A stretch of DNA of 64,000 nt from Bacteroidaceae bacterium (GCA_963641885.1 CAVIDY010000002.1:18811-82810), one strand, 5' to 3'. Counted from the stretch's first letter, positions 39,673 through 50,502 are shown. Notes: generated by a model not told the origin, from the letters alone. Numbers and translations: made by a program.

Positions 39673-39834
39673 TTTCCCACCTTATACTAATCTGATTGTA
39701 TGTTACGCATTTTGCCGCTGTTGTCATCAATATTTTACACGTTTTCAGCAGAATTTTTTTAAACAATAAAATAGGGTTGAAAATTTTGCGTTTTCTGTTA
39801 ATGATAGAAAAAATTTCATAAAGGAGAAATGAAG

Positions 39835-40473
39835 ATGATTTTAGATTTGTTCTTATGCGCAATCGGCGGCTATTTTGCTGGTTCAATCCCGTTCGGCTTG
39901 GTTTTGTGCTTTATTGCAGGCTACGGCGACATACGAAAAATCGGCTCCGGCAATATCGGCGCCACCAATGTTTTGCGCACCGGCAACAAAACCTTAGCTT
40001 TGCTAACCGTGCTGCTTGACGCATTTAAAGCTGGTTTAGCGGCTTATGCGGCTTATCATCTTTTGCCGGAAACGCCGTTTTCTTTTGCGGGCGCAGACAC
40101 AACATTAAATGTGTTCGGCTCTTTGCTTGCTGGTTCGTTCGGCGTTATCGGACATAACTTTCCGGTTTGGCTCAAATTCAAAGGCGGAAAAGGCGTGGCA
40201 TCGGCGTTTGGTTTTATTTTAATGACGCAATGGCAAGTTGCCTTAATTGCATTGGCTGTTTGGCTGGCAATGGCGTTTATTTTCCGCTATTCATCACTTG
40301 CGGCTTTGACGGCGGCTGTTTCTATGCCGGTGGTAGCATTTTTTATGTGTCCTCCGGTTTATGCCGCTTTTTACACACTTATCGCCTTGCTGGTGATTGT
40401 ACGCCATCACGCTAACATTGCACGTTTGTTAAATGGTACTGAAAGCAAAATCAGCTTAAAGAAAAAGGCTTAA
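39835..40473 (+). CDS. plsY: Glycerol-3-phosphate acyltransferase PlsY
   Basis: GSGNIGATNVLRTGNK motif. AAGGAG Shine-Dalgarno favours the second ATG. Confidence 0.88.
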   Translation: MILDLFLCAIGGYFAGSIPFGLVLCFIAGYGDIRKIGSGNIGATNVLRTGNKTLALLTVLLDAFKAGLAAYAAYHLLPETPFSFAGADTTLNVFGSLLAGSFGVIGHNFPVWLKFKGGKGVASAFGFILMTQWQVALIALAVWLAMAFIFRYSSLAALTAAVSMPVVAFFMCPPVYAAFYTLIALLVIVRHHANIARLLNGTESKISLKKKA

Positions 40474-40476
40474 AAC

Positions 40477-41598
40477 GTGGCTGACAACAGACTCTTAAAT
40501 ATTTTGCGTTTGATGATGACCGAAGGAATCGGTCCAGTTACATTTTATAAATATATGCAGACCTATAATAGTTTGGATAAAGTTTTAGATGCCGCTGCGC
40601 AAAAGAAAAAAATCTGTCCGGCAGCAGAGGCTGAAAAAGAGCTTGAACGAGCAGACGCACTCGGCGTTAAGCTGATTGCTTATACAGATGCAGATTATCC
40701 CGAATCCTTAAAACAATTAAACGACGCTCCACCGATTTTATATGCTTTAGGCAATGCGGATTTGCTGAATTATCCGCTGAGCATGGCGATTGTTGGCGCA
40801 AGAAACGCCTCTATCAACGGGCGGAAAATTGCCTCGCGAATCGCCTATGATTTGACCGAAAACGACGTTTTAGTAGTTTCAGGCATGGCGCGAGGAATTG
40901 ACAGCGCCGCCCACAAAGGAGCATTATATGCTAAAAACAAACAAGGACCGACCATAGCGGTTTTAGGTACCGGCGTTGACGTTGTCTATCCGCCTGAAAA
41001 CAATGATTTATATAAAACCCTTGCCGAGCAGGGCTTGATAATTTCTGAACTGCCGTTCGGCACCGCGGCGCAGATTTCCACTTTTCCCCGCCGGAATCGG
41101 ATTATTTCCGCGCTTTCTGCCGGTACACTGGTGGTGGAAGCCAGCATGCATTCCGGCTCTTTAATTACAGCTAAATGCGCTTTGGAACAAGGCAAAGATA
41201 TTTTTGCCGTTCCTGGTTCTCCTTTAGAAAATCGTTCGCAAGCGCCGAATCATTTAATTAAAGAAGGAGCGGTTTTAACAGAAAATGCCGATGACATACT
41301 TAATATATTAAGTATAAATCAAAATCGGCAAATAAAAAACGCGCAGCTAAGTTTGAAGCCTCTTGACAAAGCAGAAAATCGTGTAAATATTTCTGACATT
41401 AAAGTTGCTGAACCGCAGCCCAAAAAAGAAGACAAAGTTTCTTTAATTGAGCTTATCACTTTTGAGGGTGTGGATATAGATGAGCTGCTGCGTTCCAGCG
41501 GTTTGACGCAAGCCGACTTTTTCACTCAGCTCTTAGACTTGGAGTTTAGCGGAAAAATAGAACGGCAGGCGGGCAACCGTGTGGCGCGCTTAAAATAA
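40477..41598 (+). CDS. dprA: DNA processing protein DprA (Smf)
   Basis: Rossmann-fold DprA domain (VVSGMARGIDSAAH...) and a C-terminal winged-helix. GTG start. Confidence 0.85.
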   Translation: MADNRLLNILRLMMTEGIGPVTFYKYMQTYNSLDKVLDAAAQKKKICPAAEAEKELERADALGVKLIAYTDADYPESLKQLNDAPPILYALGNADLLNYPLSMAIVGARNASINGRKIASRIAYDLTENDVLVVSGMARGIDSAAHKGALYAKNKQGPTIAVLGTGVDVVYPPENNDLYKTLAEQGLIISELPFGTAAQISTFPRRNRIISALSAGTLVVEASMHSGSLITAKCALEQGKDIFAVPGSPLENRSQAPNHLIKEGAVLTENADDILNILSINQNRQIKNAQLSLKPLDKAENRVNISDIKVAEPQPKKEDKVSLIELITFEGVDIDELLRSSGLTQADFFTQLLDLEFSGKIERQAGNRVARLK

Positions 41599-41611
41599 GG
41601 TGTATGATAAA

Positions 41612-44074
41612 ATGAAGTTAGTTGTTGTAGAATCTCCGGCAAAAGCCAAAACCATCAACAAATATTTGGGTTCCGATTATAAAGTGCTGGCAAGCTACGG
41701 ACATATCCGCGATTTGCCAAGCAAAGACGGTTCTGTTGACCCTGACAATGATTTTGCCATGACATGGGAATTTAGTCCGGTTGGCAAAAAGCACCTTAAT
41801 GACATTATTGCCGCACTCAAAGACTGCGACACGCTTATTCTCGCATCCGACCCGGATAGAGAAGGAGAAGCCATTGCTTGGCATATTTTAGAAGAACTTA
41901 AAGAAAAGAAAAAACTTAACGGCAAAAAAATTGAGCGCGTGGTATTCCACGAAATCACAAAATCCGCAGTTAAAGAAGGTATTGAAAATCCGCGCGAAAT
42001 AGACCAAGACTTAGTCAGCGCCTATATGGCACGCCGCGCTTTGGACTATTTGGTAGGATTTAACCTGTCGCCGATTTTGTGGCGCAAGCTTCCGGGGTCT
42101 AAATCGGCAGGACGCGTGCAATCAGTAGCCTTGCGCTTGATTTGCGACCGTGAAAATGAAATAGATAAATTTAAGCCGGAAGAATATTGGACCATTGATG
42201 TTAATGTTTTAACCGCGCAAAAAGCGGAAATGTTAACCCATTTAATCAATTTAGACGGCAAAAAATTAGATAAGTTTACCATTAACACTGAAGAAAAAGC
42301 TCTTGCCGCCAAAGCCAAAATAGAGGCTCAGGATTTTGCAATTTCCAATGTAGAGCGTAAAAAAGCCAGCCGCTACCCTGCTCCGCCGTTTACAACCTCT
42401 ACTTTGCAGCAAGAGGCAGCGCGTAAGCTGCGTTTTTCGGCTAAAAAAACCATGCAGGTTGCGCAAAAGCTTTATGAAGCCGGTATTATCACCTATATGC
42501 GTACCGATGCAGTAAACCTTTCTAAAGAAGCCATAAAAGCCTGCCGTGAAGCTATTGAAAAATATTTTGGCGCAAGTTATTTGCCGAAAACTGCTAAAGA
42601 ATATAAAAACAAGACCAAAAACGCCCAAGAAGCGCACGAGGCTATTCGTCCGTCCGATGTGATGAACACGCCGAAAAAAATGGAAATAAAACTGGATAGC
42701 GACGCCTATAAGCTTTATGAGCTGATTTGGAAACGCACGGTTGCCTGCCAAATGAATCCAGCAATTTTAGACCGCGTTGTGGTTGACGCAAAGTCTGCCG
42801 ACGGCAAAATTTTGCTGCGCGCCAATGGTCAAGTGATTCAATTTGACGGCTTTTTGAAACTTTATCAAGAAAGCAAAGACGACTCCGACGATGACGATGA
42901 AAACGCAATTCTACCGAATGTAGAAACTGGCGAAGCTGTTGAGAAAAAAGAAATTAAACCAGCGCAGCACTTTACCACGCCTCCGCCGAGATTTACGGAA
43001 GCTAGTTTGGTGAAAAAGCTGGAAGAGCTCGGTATCGGACGTCCGTCTACCTATGCCAATATTATTGCGGTTTTGCAGGAGCGCAAATATGTAAAAGTGG
43101 AAAAACTGCGTTTTATTCCGGAAGACCGCGGGCGTATCGTGACCGTATTTTTGGAAAACTTCTTCAAAAAATATGTGGAATATGACTTTACGGCGCAAAT
43201 GGAAGAATTCCTAGATGATGTTTCCGCCGGCGCTATGCAGTGGAAAAAACTGCTTGCAGGATTTTGGGCTAAGTTCATTAAAAACATTGATGAAGTCAAA
43301 CCTTTGCAGCTGACAGAAGTTATAAATAAAATTGACGAAGCGCTTTCTGCCCACCTGTTTCCGCCGCGCGAAGATGGTTCCGACCCAAGAATTTGTCCGA
43401 AATGCGGTAAAGGTCGCCTAAGCATAAAATTCGGCAAGTTTGGAGCGTTTTTAGGCTGTTCTAACTATCCGGAATGCTCATATACAAAGCCTTTGACAGA
43501 CACCAAGGAAGAAGAGGAAGAAGCAGCCAACGCCAGCGCGCAAAAACTTGCCAGCGGCGAAGATAAAATTTTGTGCAAAATAAACGAACAAAATGTTTAT
43601 TTACGCAAAGGACCTTACGGCTATTACGTTCAGCTTGGAGACGCAACAGGTAACACTGAAAAGCCTAAGCGCTGCTCGCTGCCTAAGTTTGTAAAGCCGG
43701 AAGAATTAACTGCCGAGCAAGCGCAAATTCTGCTTTCACTGCCGCGTGATTTAGGAAACGGCATAGAGGTGAATATCGGCAAATTCGGGCAATATATCAA
43801 ACAAGGCACAAAGTCTAAGTCGCTGAGCGGCGAGGACAATATTTTCAATATCACGGCAGAGCGCGCCGAAGAGCTTTTGAAAAACGCTGTCGCTAAGCCT
43901 GAACCGCAAGTTTTGGCTCAGCACCCGACCACAAAAGAAAATATTACCTTAAATAAAGGGCGCTACGGCATGTATTTGAAATGCGGCAAAAATAATTACG
44001 CTATTCCAAAAGGTTATGCGCCAAGTTCATTGACCGCGGAAGAAGCAATTCAGATTGTCACAGCAAAAAAATAG
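41612..44074 (+). CDS. topA: DNA topoisomerase I
   Basis: MKLVVVESPAKAKTI TOPRIM N-terminus and C-terminal Zn-ribbon-like repeats. The ORF-track GTG at 41600 adds 4 aa. Confidence 0.93.
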   Translation: MKLVVVESPAKAKTINKYLGSDYKVLASYGHIRDLPSKDGSVDPDNDFAMTWEFSPVGKKHLNDIIAALKDCDTLILASDPDREGEAIAWHILEELKEKKKLNGKKIERVVFHEITKSAVKEGIENPREIDQDLVSAYMARRALDYLVGFNLSPILWRKLPGSKSAGRVQSVALRLICDRENEIDKFKPEEYWTIDVNVLTAQKAEMLTHLINLDGKKLDKFTINTEEKALAAKAKIEAQDFAISNVERKKASRYPAPPFTTSTLQQEAARKLRFSAKKTMQVAQKLYEAGIITYMRTDAVNLSKEAIKACREAIEKYFGASYLPKTAKEYKNKTKNAQEAHEAIRPSDVMNTPKKMEIKLDSDAYKLYELIWKRTVACQMNPAILDRVVVDAKSADGKILLRANGQVIQFDGFLKLYQESKDDSDDDDENAILPNVETGEAVEKKEIKPAQHFTTPPPRFTEASLVKKLEELGIGRPSTYANIIAVLQERKYVKVEKLRFIPEDRGRIVTVFLENFFKKYVEYDFTAQMEEFLDDVSAGAMQWKKLLAGFWAKFIKNIDEVKPLQLTEVINKIDEALSAHLFPPREDGSDPRICPKCGKGRLSIKFGKFGAFLGCSNYPECSYTKPLTDTKEEEEEAANASAQKLASGEDKILCKINEQNVYLRKGPYGYYVQLGDATGNTEKPKRCSLPKFVKPEELTAEQAQILLSLPRDLGNGIEVNIGKFGQYIKQGTKSKSLSGEDNIFNITAERAEELLKNAVAKPEPQVLAQHPTTKENITLNKGRYGMYLKCGKNNYAIPKGYAPSSLTAEEAIQIVTAKK

Positions 44075-44166
44075 CGTATTTTTAGAGGATTGCTGACAAA
44101 ATTACTTGCAAAATTGATTATAAACAGTTATACCTTTGACAAATATTGAAAAAAAATGAGGTTTTA

Positions 44167-44388
44167 ATGAGTAAAGAAGAATTGTTGGAATTAACCGGTG
44201 AAGTTATTGAAAAACTGCCAAACGCTATGTTTCGCGTTCGTTTGGAAAATGGTGTGGAAATTTTAGCGCACACCGCCGGTAAAATGCGTAAGTTCCGTAT
44301 CCGCGTGATGGTCGGCGACAAAGTCGATATTGAAATGACGCCGTATGACCTGACAAAAGGACGCATTACTTTCCGCCATAAAGATTAA
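44167..44388 (+). CDS. infA: Translation initiation factor IF-1
   Basis: [29 protein letters not shown]... is canonical IF-1. A terminator lies at 44395-44417. Confidence 0.93.
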   Translation: MSKEELLELTGEVIEKLPNAMFRVRLENGVEILAHTAGKMRKFRIRVMVGDKVDIEMTPYDLTKGRITFRHKD

Positions 44389-44491
44389 AAAAATGAGCCT
44401 CTGTGGCTCTTTTTTTATGACCTAAAATTAACAGCCACCAAAAAATCCCCAACCGCAAGATTGAGGATTTTTTTGCTGAAAGTGAAAAAAC

Positions 44492-47400
44492 TTACCACTT
44501 GTAGCGGATATTTCCGCCAACGCCCCATGCGTTGTAGCTTGAACCAAAGGTATAGTTACCAAACGCACCAAGCGAGAAGTTTTTAATAATTTCCGCATCG
44601 GCGCCGACTTCAATACGTCCCAAAGTTTCATTTTCAACAGTCTTGTCAAAAGTTGTGTCATTAACTTTGACATTACCGCCATTAGCAATGGTTTGAACTA
44701 CCGATGGTTTGATATAGCCTGTGGTCGGCAACTGGCGTTCATTGTTGAACTGATATTCATATTTGATGCCAGCTTCCAATTCTATATCGTGGATAGTGTC
44801 AAAGCTTACCTCTTTGCCGGTTGAATCTTTGATGTCGTCAAATTTGATATAGTCGTAAGTAGCCTTAATTGACGGCGTCAAAACAGAACGCTGCGAGGTT
44901 TTAACATCATAGCCGACTTCAACCTGTGCGCCTAAATTCAGTCCGTCGGTTGAAGCACTGACTCCATTGTCAGCCTTTATATCAGCACTTTGCACGCCGC
45001 CGTAAACCGCGCCGCTCATAAACAAGTCGCCGAAATATTTACGATAGTAAGCGCCGCCTAAAATGCTGGTAATATCCAATTCACTGCCGTAGTTAGAAAG
45101 AATTTCTCCTTCGCCTTTACCGCTGTTGTCATAGGTGCCGTCGCGGTAAGAGCCAAAGATTCCAAACTGACTGGAAATACTGAATTGATGGTCATATCCA
45201 AAGTCAACTCCGTACATTTTAACATCGGTTTCAATCGGTTTATCAAACGTGCCGGAACGATATACCGGAGTAGCCCAAACACGGTCTTTGCCGCCTAGGT
45301 CTTTAAAGTTGCAGACTCGGTAATTGCATTCATCGCTGTAGCAATTGCAACTGCCTTTATCCAAACGCTCAACGTTAAACAGCAAAGAACGGCTTTGCTC
45401 AATTGCTGAACGAGGCAAATCAATATAAGCAACAACTTCCGGACTCAAGAACTTAGTACGGTAGAAATACCAATCGTTAACCGTGCCGTTTTCATCGTGT
45501 CCGATACCGATTTCATAAATATTGCTGCTGGCTTTAGAAACAAACTTATAGTCATCTAAAGACTGCTCGGATTGAGTTTGCGCAAAATAGATGCGATCGT
45601 CAAGCTCCAGTTTTAAGTTTGTTGCATTGTCAAACGCAATATTAGTGGTGCCGTAAATTTTGTCGTTCACAATAATGCGGTCGGCTTTCAAGTTTGGATT
45701 ATCAACATCAATGCGGATAGTGCCGTTTTCACTTTGCACCGTGTTAATGTTAAAATCTGTCAGCACACCGTCGCTCAAATTCAGCAATCCGGAGTTTTTG
45801 ATAGTATTTGCCAAATCCTTATTTGCCGTGCCGTCATTTGCCTTATAGCTAATTGTCGAACTGGCGGCAATATCAAAGTTATTGTTAGTCAGGCTGTCGC
45901 CGTCATCTAAATTCAAATAAGAACCGGAGCTCAATTTAACTGCCGTATTTTCTAAATTAAGCGTCGGCTCATAGTCTATATATCCGGTTGTACCAATATT
46001 TAACTGCGTGTTGGCAATGTTATAGGTACCAGTGCCGCCAAAGGTTGAGTTAAGAACAATCTGCGTTTGCGGCTGGTCAGGAGTATCGCCAGTTATGCTG
46101 ATTGTACCAAGGTTATAGACATCGTCTGACGCAGTGTTGAACACCAGCTTTGCCGTGTCAGATAAAGTGAAATTCATATTGCCTGCGGTTTCGTTATAAA
46201 TAGCGCCGCCCAAACCGCCGGTGGCGCTGTTGCCATCAAAAGTCAAAGACGAGCCTTTTTTCAGACCGGCGTTGAATATAGCGTGACCGGAATTATATAC
46301 CGCTCCGCCTTTTTCCGCTTTGTTGGCGCTGAAATTTATGCTTGCCGCATTGGTTACGTCGTCGGTTTGCAAAGTGATTTTACCTAAGTTATAAATCGCT
46401 CCGCCGTTTTCTCCGGCTGTGTTGCGGACAAATTGCACGGTTCCGTTATTACCGACCGCCAATTCAATGTTGCCGAGCTCATAAGTTCCGGTGGTTTGGT
46501 CTAAGTTACCGGCGTTTGCCCAAGCGCCGCCGTCAACTCCGGCCGAGTTATCGCTGAAAGAAAGCTCATAGCCGTCCGAAACCTTAAAAATCATACCGTC
46601 TTCATCGGCATAGTTATACATTACACCGCCGTATTTATTTGCTTTGTTAGCAGTAAAAGCAATGTTTCCTCCGGTCGCGTTCACGGTTAAGCGGGCAATT
46701 TCTCCGTCTGGGTTGTTAGTGCCAGTTCCGCTTGCCGAGTTTGCCAAAGCTCCACCATAGTCGGCTTCATTTTGTTTGAACAATATGGTATGACCATTTT
46801 CGGTAACAATATCCAGCTGCCCCAAGTTGTCATTAGTGATGGCGCCGCCAATACCTTCTCCCGTAGCGGACAAAGCTTTGTTGCCGGATAATTCAACATC
46901 GGAATCACGGGCAATCAGCCGCAAGCGGCTTAAATGTCCTGAATTATTTGCACCTTGAGCTCGGTTATAAATGGCACCGCCTTCAGCGCCGCCGGCAGCG
47001 CTGATAACCTGATTGTTTTTAAAAGAACTGTCAATAATACTGCTAATTGGAGAGGTATTTTCACCCTCTGCCGTGGAATTTGCAAAGGCGCCGCCATACG
47101 CTATTTCTTCTTGATACGTTGAACGCGCATAGTTATTTTCAAACACAGAACCGATGATGGTTATTTGTCCCTCGTTATATACAGCTCCGCCCAAAACGTA
47201 ATTTTTGTTATTTACAGCATAGTTATTGCTAAAAGTCGCGCCTTTAATTTCGGCAACGCCTGTTAAACCATTCCCCAAGGCTCCGCCTTTAACGCCGACG
47301 CTGCCGTTAACGTGGTTGCCGTCAAAGACCAATCCGCCGTCGGTCGCCGTTAAAGTGCCGTCATTATAAAAAGCACCGCCATACACACCGGTATTGGTTG

Positions 47401-48709
47401 TTGTGCCGACGCCTTGCAGGCTGTTGCCGGAAAACAAAGTGTTGCCGGTAAGGGTATATGTTCCGCCCTGCGCGTTATAAACGGCGCCGCCGAATGCAGT
47501 TGCGGCTTCGGCATAGTTATTGCTGAAATTATTTTCATTGGCGGTATAAGTGCCGCTGTTGGAAACAGCGCCACCTTTTGCCGTGGTGGTCGCTTTGCTG
47601 TAATTGTTTGCGAAAACACTGCCGGAAACGAAAATTACACCATTGTTATAAACAGCACCGCCCTCTCCCAGCTCATCGCCGACCACATAGTTGCCGCTAA
47701 AATTGGTGCCGCCGTTGTTGGTTATGGTCAAATTACCGGTAACGCCGTTTTCGATACCATTATAAACCGCGCCGCCCTGAGCCGTTGTTCCTTTGGCAAA
47801 GTTAGATGTAAACGTATCATTTTCCGAAACAAAAGTGCCGCTGTTATAAACCGCGCCGCCCATGGCTTTTTCAGTGGTTTTACCCACAAACTGCGTTAAC
47901 AAAGTGTTGGTCGAAGAAGTTTCATTTGCCGCATAGTTGCCGGTATATTGGTTATTCTGAGACAACAAATAGCCTTTATCCGTATCATCCAAGGCAAAGT
48001 TAGAAACCGCACCGCCGGAAATTGTTTTTTCACCCATTACATAGTTGCCGGTAAATTTGCTGTTGCTGATAACATTGTCCTGGTTATTGCTGTAATTGGC
48101 AATCGCACCGGCCGTAACCATTCCGGTCGGGTTATTGGCGCTGGCACTGTTATTTTCGAAGGTAGTATTTACAATTTTTATCAGCGGCTGCGTCCCGATT
48201 TCATCTTCATCGCCAACCACAAAAACACCGCCGCCGACCTGATTCATTAAAGCGCGGGTATTGTGTTTGTTAGAAATGATAACACCGCCGGTTACTTCCG
48301 AGATTTGTCCGGTGGAAGAATCATATTTGTAGCCGGTGTAGACATTACCGTTATCAAATATCCAGGCACCGACCTTAAATTGAGTTGGGTCAGAACCTTC
48401 CGAAAAAAGCTCCTGCGTGTAGTTTTGGTCAATAAACAAAGTGCCGATAGACTGCTTGTTGTCTCCGGTATCGGTACTGATTGTGGTTCCCATATAGTCT
48501 TTGAGATAGCCAACAGTCAGTTGACCTTTAGCATCCAAATTCCCTGTATTGCTGGTGTTGGCTGTTTGATTAGAATTCCAATCATCTGCAGCCACCGGAA
48601 ACGCCGCAAGCAAAGAGGCGGCAACCAAATTCAGCATAAAGCATTTTTTCAAAACACTGCGATATTGCGCGTTTAACAAACCTAAAGTGTGGCTATGAGC
48701 TTTCATCAT
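44492..48709 (-). CDS. Autotransporter with a Pmp-type (polymorphic membrane protein) repeat passenger: about 18 GGA[ILV] and 15 FxxN motifs, an extended signal peptide and a C-terminal beta-barrel
   Basis: GGGAGA Shine-Dalgarno. Extended signal MMKAHSHTLGLLNAQYRSVLKKCFMLNLVAASLLAAFPVAA. Recurrent GGAVYN / FSNNYA units. C-terminal about 280 aa has alternating amphipathic strands ending ...NIRYKW. Confidence 0.75.
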   Translation of the reverse strand: MMKAHSHTLGLLNAQYRSVLKKCFMLNLVAASLLAAFPVAADDWNSNQTANTSNTGNLDAKGQLTVGYLKDYMGTTISTDTGDNKQSIGTLFIDQNYTQELFSEGSDPTQFKVGAWIFDNGNVYTGYKYDSSTGQISEVTGGVIISNKHNTRALMNQVGGGVFVVGDEDEIGTQPLIKIVNTTFENNSASANNPTGMVTAGAIANYSNNQDNVISNSKFTGNYVMGEKTISGGAVSNFALDDTDKGYLLSQNNQYTGNYAANETSSTNTLLTQFVGKTTEKAMGGAVYNSGTFVSENDTFTSNFAKGTTAQGGAVYNGIENGVTGNLTITNNGGTNFSGNYVVGDELGEGGAVYNNGVIFVSGSVFANNYSKATTTAKGGAVSNSGTYTANENNFSNNYAEAATAFGGAVYNAQGGTYTLTGNTLFSGNSLQGVGTTTNTGVYGGAFYNDGTLTATDGGLVFDGNHVNGSVGVKGGALGNGLTGVAEIKGATFSNNYAVNNKNYVLGGAVYNEGQITIIGSVFENNYARSTYQEEIAYGGAFANSTAEGENTSPISSIIDSSFKNNQVISAAGGAEGGAIYNRAQGANNSGHLSRLRLIARDSDVELSGNKALSATGEGIGGAITNDNLGQLDIVTENGHTILFKQNEADYGGALANSASGTGTNNPDGEIARLTVNATGGNIAFTANKANKYGGVMYNYADEDGMIFKVSDGYELSFSDNSAGVDGGAWANAGNLDQTTGTYELGNIELAVGNNGTVQFVRNTAGENGGAIYNLGKITLQTDDVTNAASINFSANKAEKGGAVYNSGHAIFNAGLKKGSSLTFDGNSATGGLGGAIYNETAGNMNFTLSDTAKLVFNTASDDVYNLGTISITGDTPDQPQTQIVLNSTFGGTGTYNIANTQLNIGTTGYIDYEPTLNLENTAVKLSSGSYLNLDDGDSLTNNNFDIAASSTISYKANDGTANKDLANTIKNSGLLNLSDGVLTDFNINTVQSENGTIRIDVDNPNLKADRIIVNDKIYGTTNIAFDNATNLKLELDDRIYFAQTQSEQSLDDYKFVSKASSNIYEIGIGHDENGTVNDWYFYRTKFLSPEVVAYIDLPRSAIEQSRSLLFNVERLDKGSCNCYSDECNYRVCNFKDLGGKDRVWATPVYRSGTFDKPIETDVKMYGVDFGYDHQFSISSQFGIFGSYRDGTYDNSGKGEGEILSNYGSELDITSILGGAYYRKYFGDLFMSGAVYGGVQSADIKADNGVSASTDGLNLGAQVEVGYDVKTSQRSVLTPSIKATYDYIKFDDIKDSTGKEVSFDTIHDIELEAGIKYEYQFNNERQLPTTGYIKPSVVQTIANGGNVKVNDTTFDKTVENETLGRIEVGADAEIIKNFSLGAFGNYTFGSSYNAWGVGGNIRYKW

Positions 48710-48784
48710 AAAACATCTCCCATAAATTTGCCTTATGCTAACGCAAATTTATTAAGAAATATCTAAAAGCAGCGTCAATTTTTG

Positions 48785-49843
48785 CTAATTGGCAATATAT
48801 ACGACCTGATTAAACACATTTTCTAAAAAGAACAGGCTGATAAAGCAAATCGCCATGGAAATTACCGGAGCGGCAACCCAGCCGACCATAATCTTTCCGA
48901 CAATCGTCCAGTTTATACCGCGTCCGCCCTTCAAAAGCCCCAAGCCGACAATCGCACCGATAACCGCTTGCGTGCTGGAAACCGGCACCAATGGTAAAGA
49001 CGGCAGCGCATGGCTTTCCAGCCAATTATGCAAAGTTACTGATGAAAACAGCAACAAAACAATAGCTTGCGACAGCACCACAATCCACGCCATAATCGGC
49101 GTCATTTTCATCAGGTTGTTGCCAACCGTCATAATGATTTTTTTAGAATATGTCAAAATACCGACGCTGACCGCCACCGCACCTAAAAAGAAAAGCACCT
49201 GTTCCGGAGTAAACGTAGCAAAACTGCCGATTTTCAGCGGCTTAAACGGACACGATTCTACAAACATTCCCACTGCGTTGGCAATATTGTTAGCGCCCAA
49301 AGCATAGGCGCTGATGGCAGCTGTCACCACCAAGCCGATACGGGTGATTTGGTCTTGCATCAACAGATGAACGTGCGAATATTTTAAGATGCGCTTGAAG
49401 ATAAAATATAAAATTACCGCAACCACACCGGAAAGCATAGGGCACACTGTCCACGTGGAACAAATGCGAGCCAATGTTTGCAAATCCGTGGTTTTACCAG
49501 CGTATAAGTTCCAGCCGATAATGGCTCCAACCACCGCCTGCGACGAAGAAACGCTTAAACCAGTGCGCGCCATTGAATAAACCGCCAAAGCCGCCGACAG
49601 CGCCACCATAAAAGCTCCAGCCAAAGCATTTACCGCACCCAAACTACCCAAGGTTTTGCTAGTGCCAGCGCCGCCGTACACCGCTCCCAAAATCACGAAA
49701 AAGCAGGAAATTAAAGCTATGGTCGTAAAGCGAACCATTTTGGAGCCGACCGCCGTTCCAAAAATGTTTGAAGCGTCATTTGCCCCCAAAGACCAGCCCA
49801 AAAACAAGCCGCTGCTTAAATAAAATAAATAGCTGATGTCCAT
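48785..49843 (-). CDS. PiT-family inorganic phosphate transporter
   Basis: GANDASNIFGTAVGS and a second GANNIANAVG PHO4 repeat. Confidence 0.85.
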   Translation of the reverse strand: MDISYLFYLSSGLFLGWSLGANDASNIFGTAVGSKMVRFTTIALISCFFVILGAVYGGAGTSKTLGSLGAVNALAGAFMVALSAALAVYSMARTGLSVSSSQAVVGAIIGWNLYAGKTTDLQTLARICSTWTVCPMLSGVVAVILYFIFKRILKYSHVHLLMQDQITRIGLVVTAAISAYALGANNIANAVGMFVESCPFKPLKIGSFATFTPEQVLFFLGAVAVSVGILTYSKKIIMTVGNNLMKMTPIMAWIVVLSQAIVLLLFSSVTLHNWLESHALPSLPLVPVSSTQAVIGAIVGLGLLKGGRGINWTIVGKIMVGWVAAPVISMAICFISLFFLENVFNQVVYIAN

Positions 49844-50502
49844 TAGATATCTCGCTTAATGGTGAAAATCAACAACGCGTCTATGCAGTCTTCGGCTTTA
49901 TCTGCCACATCGGCGACTTCGCCAATCAGCATATTCAGCTGAATTTTATGCGCCAATTCCATGTTGGAAGCAAACACGTTTTCCTTTAAACGAGCGCTGG
50001 TTTTGTCGCTTTCATGCTCCAAAAAATATACCTTTTGCGCATAGTCGCGCACCGTTACAAAGTCGCGGAAAAAAGCACGCGATGAAATCGCCATATTTTC
50101 AGCACAATCCGAAACCTGCTTAACCAACAGCTTAAAGTCATCTTGATATTGTTCGGGAATATCCGGCTGTTCAATATAAAACTTGTGCGCTACTTCATCA
50201 AATTCATTGATAACTTTATCAATATTTTCAACCATTTGCAACACATCGGCGCGCAAATCTGGAATCAGGTTCTGCGCATAGAGGCTGCTTTCGATTTCGC
50301 GGCGCAAATCGTCTGCCTGAGCTTCAATGTTTTTAATTTTTTTGCTGGCACGGCGATAGGACAAGCTGCGTTTTTCTTTCAAAAATATAGCAAACGCTTC
50401 CTTAAAAAACATGGCACACTCAATCACTTTGTCGTGCATTAAATCTATTTTATGCTCCAGCTCTCTGGTGCCGGAAAATAATGAAATTTTAACATTGAAC
50501 AT
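49843..50502 (-). CDS. DUF47 / PhoU-like accessory protein, paired with the PiT transporter
   Basis: Conserved DUF47 architecture and the typical position immediately upstream of pit. Confidence 0.7.
   Translation of the reverse strand: MFNVKISLFSGTRELEHKIDLMHDKVIECAMFFKEAFAIFLKEKRSLSYRRASKKIKNIEAQADDLRREIESSLYAQNLIPDLRADVLQMVENIDKVINEFDEVAHKFYIEQPDIPEQYQDDFKLLVKQVSDCAENMAISSRAFFRDFVTVRDYAQKVYFLEHESDKTSARLKENVFASNMELAHKIQLNMLIGEVADVADKAEDCIDALLIFTIKRDI

Noticed and set aside
41618-43854. Multiple minus-strand ORFs (61-161 aa) inside topA
   Set aside because: They are antisense to a full-length conserved topoisomerase I and have no start signals. They are artefacts of long GC-skewed coding sequence.
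45058-48676. Plus- and minus-strand ORFs overlapping the autotransporter gene (for example 47414-47899, 47948-48250, 48263-48676)
   Set aside because: The repetitive GGA/GCC-rich coding of the Pmp-type passenger generates open frames on the opposite strand. There is no independent evidence for them.
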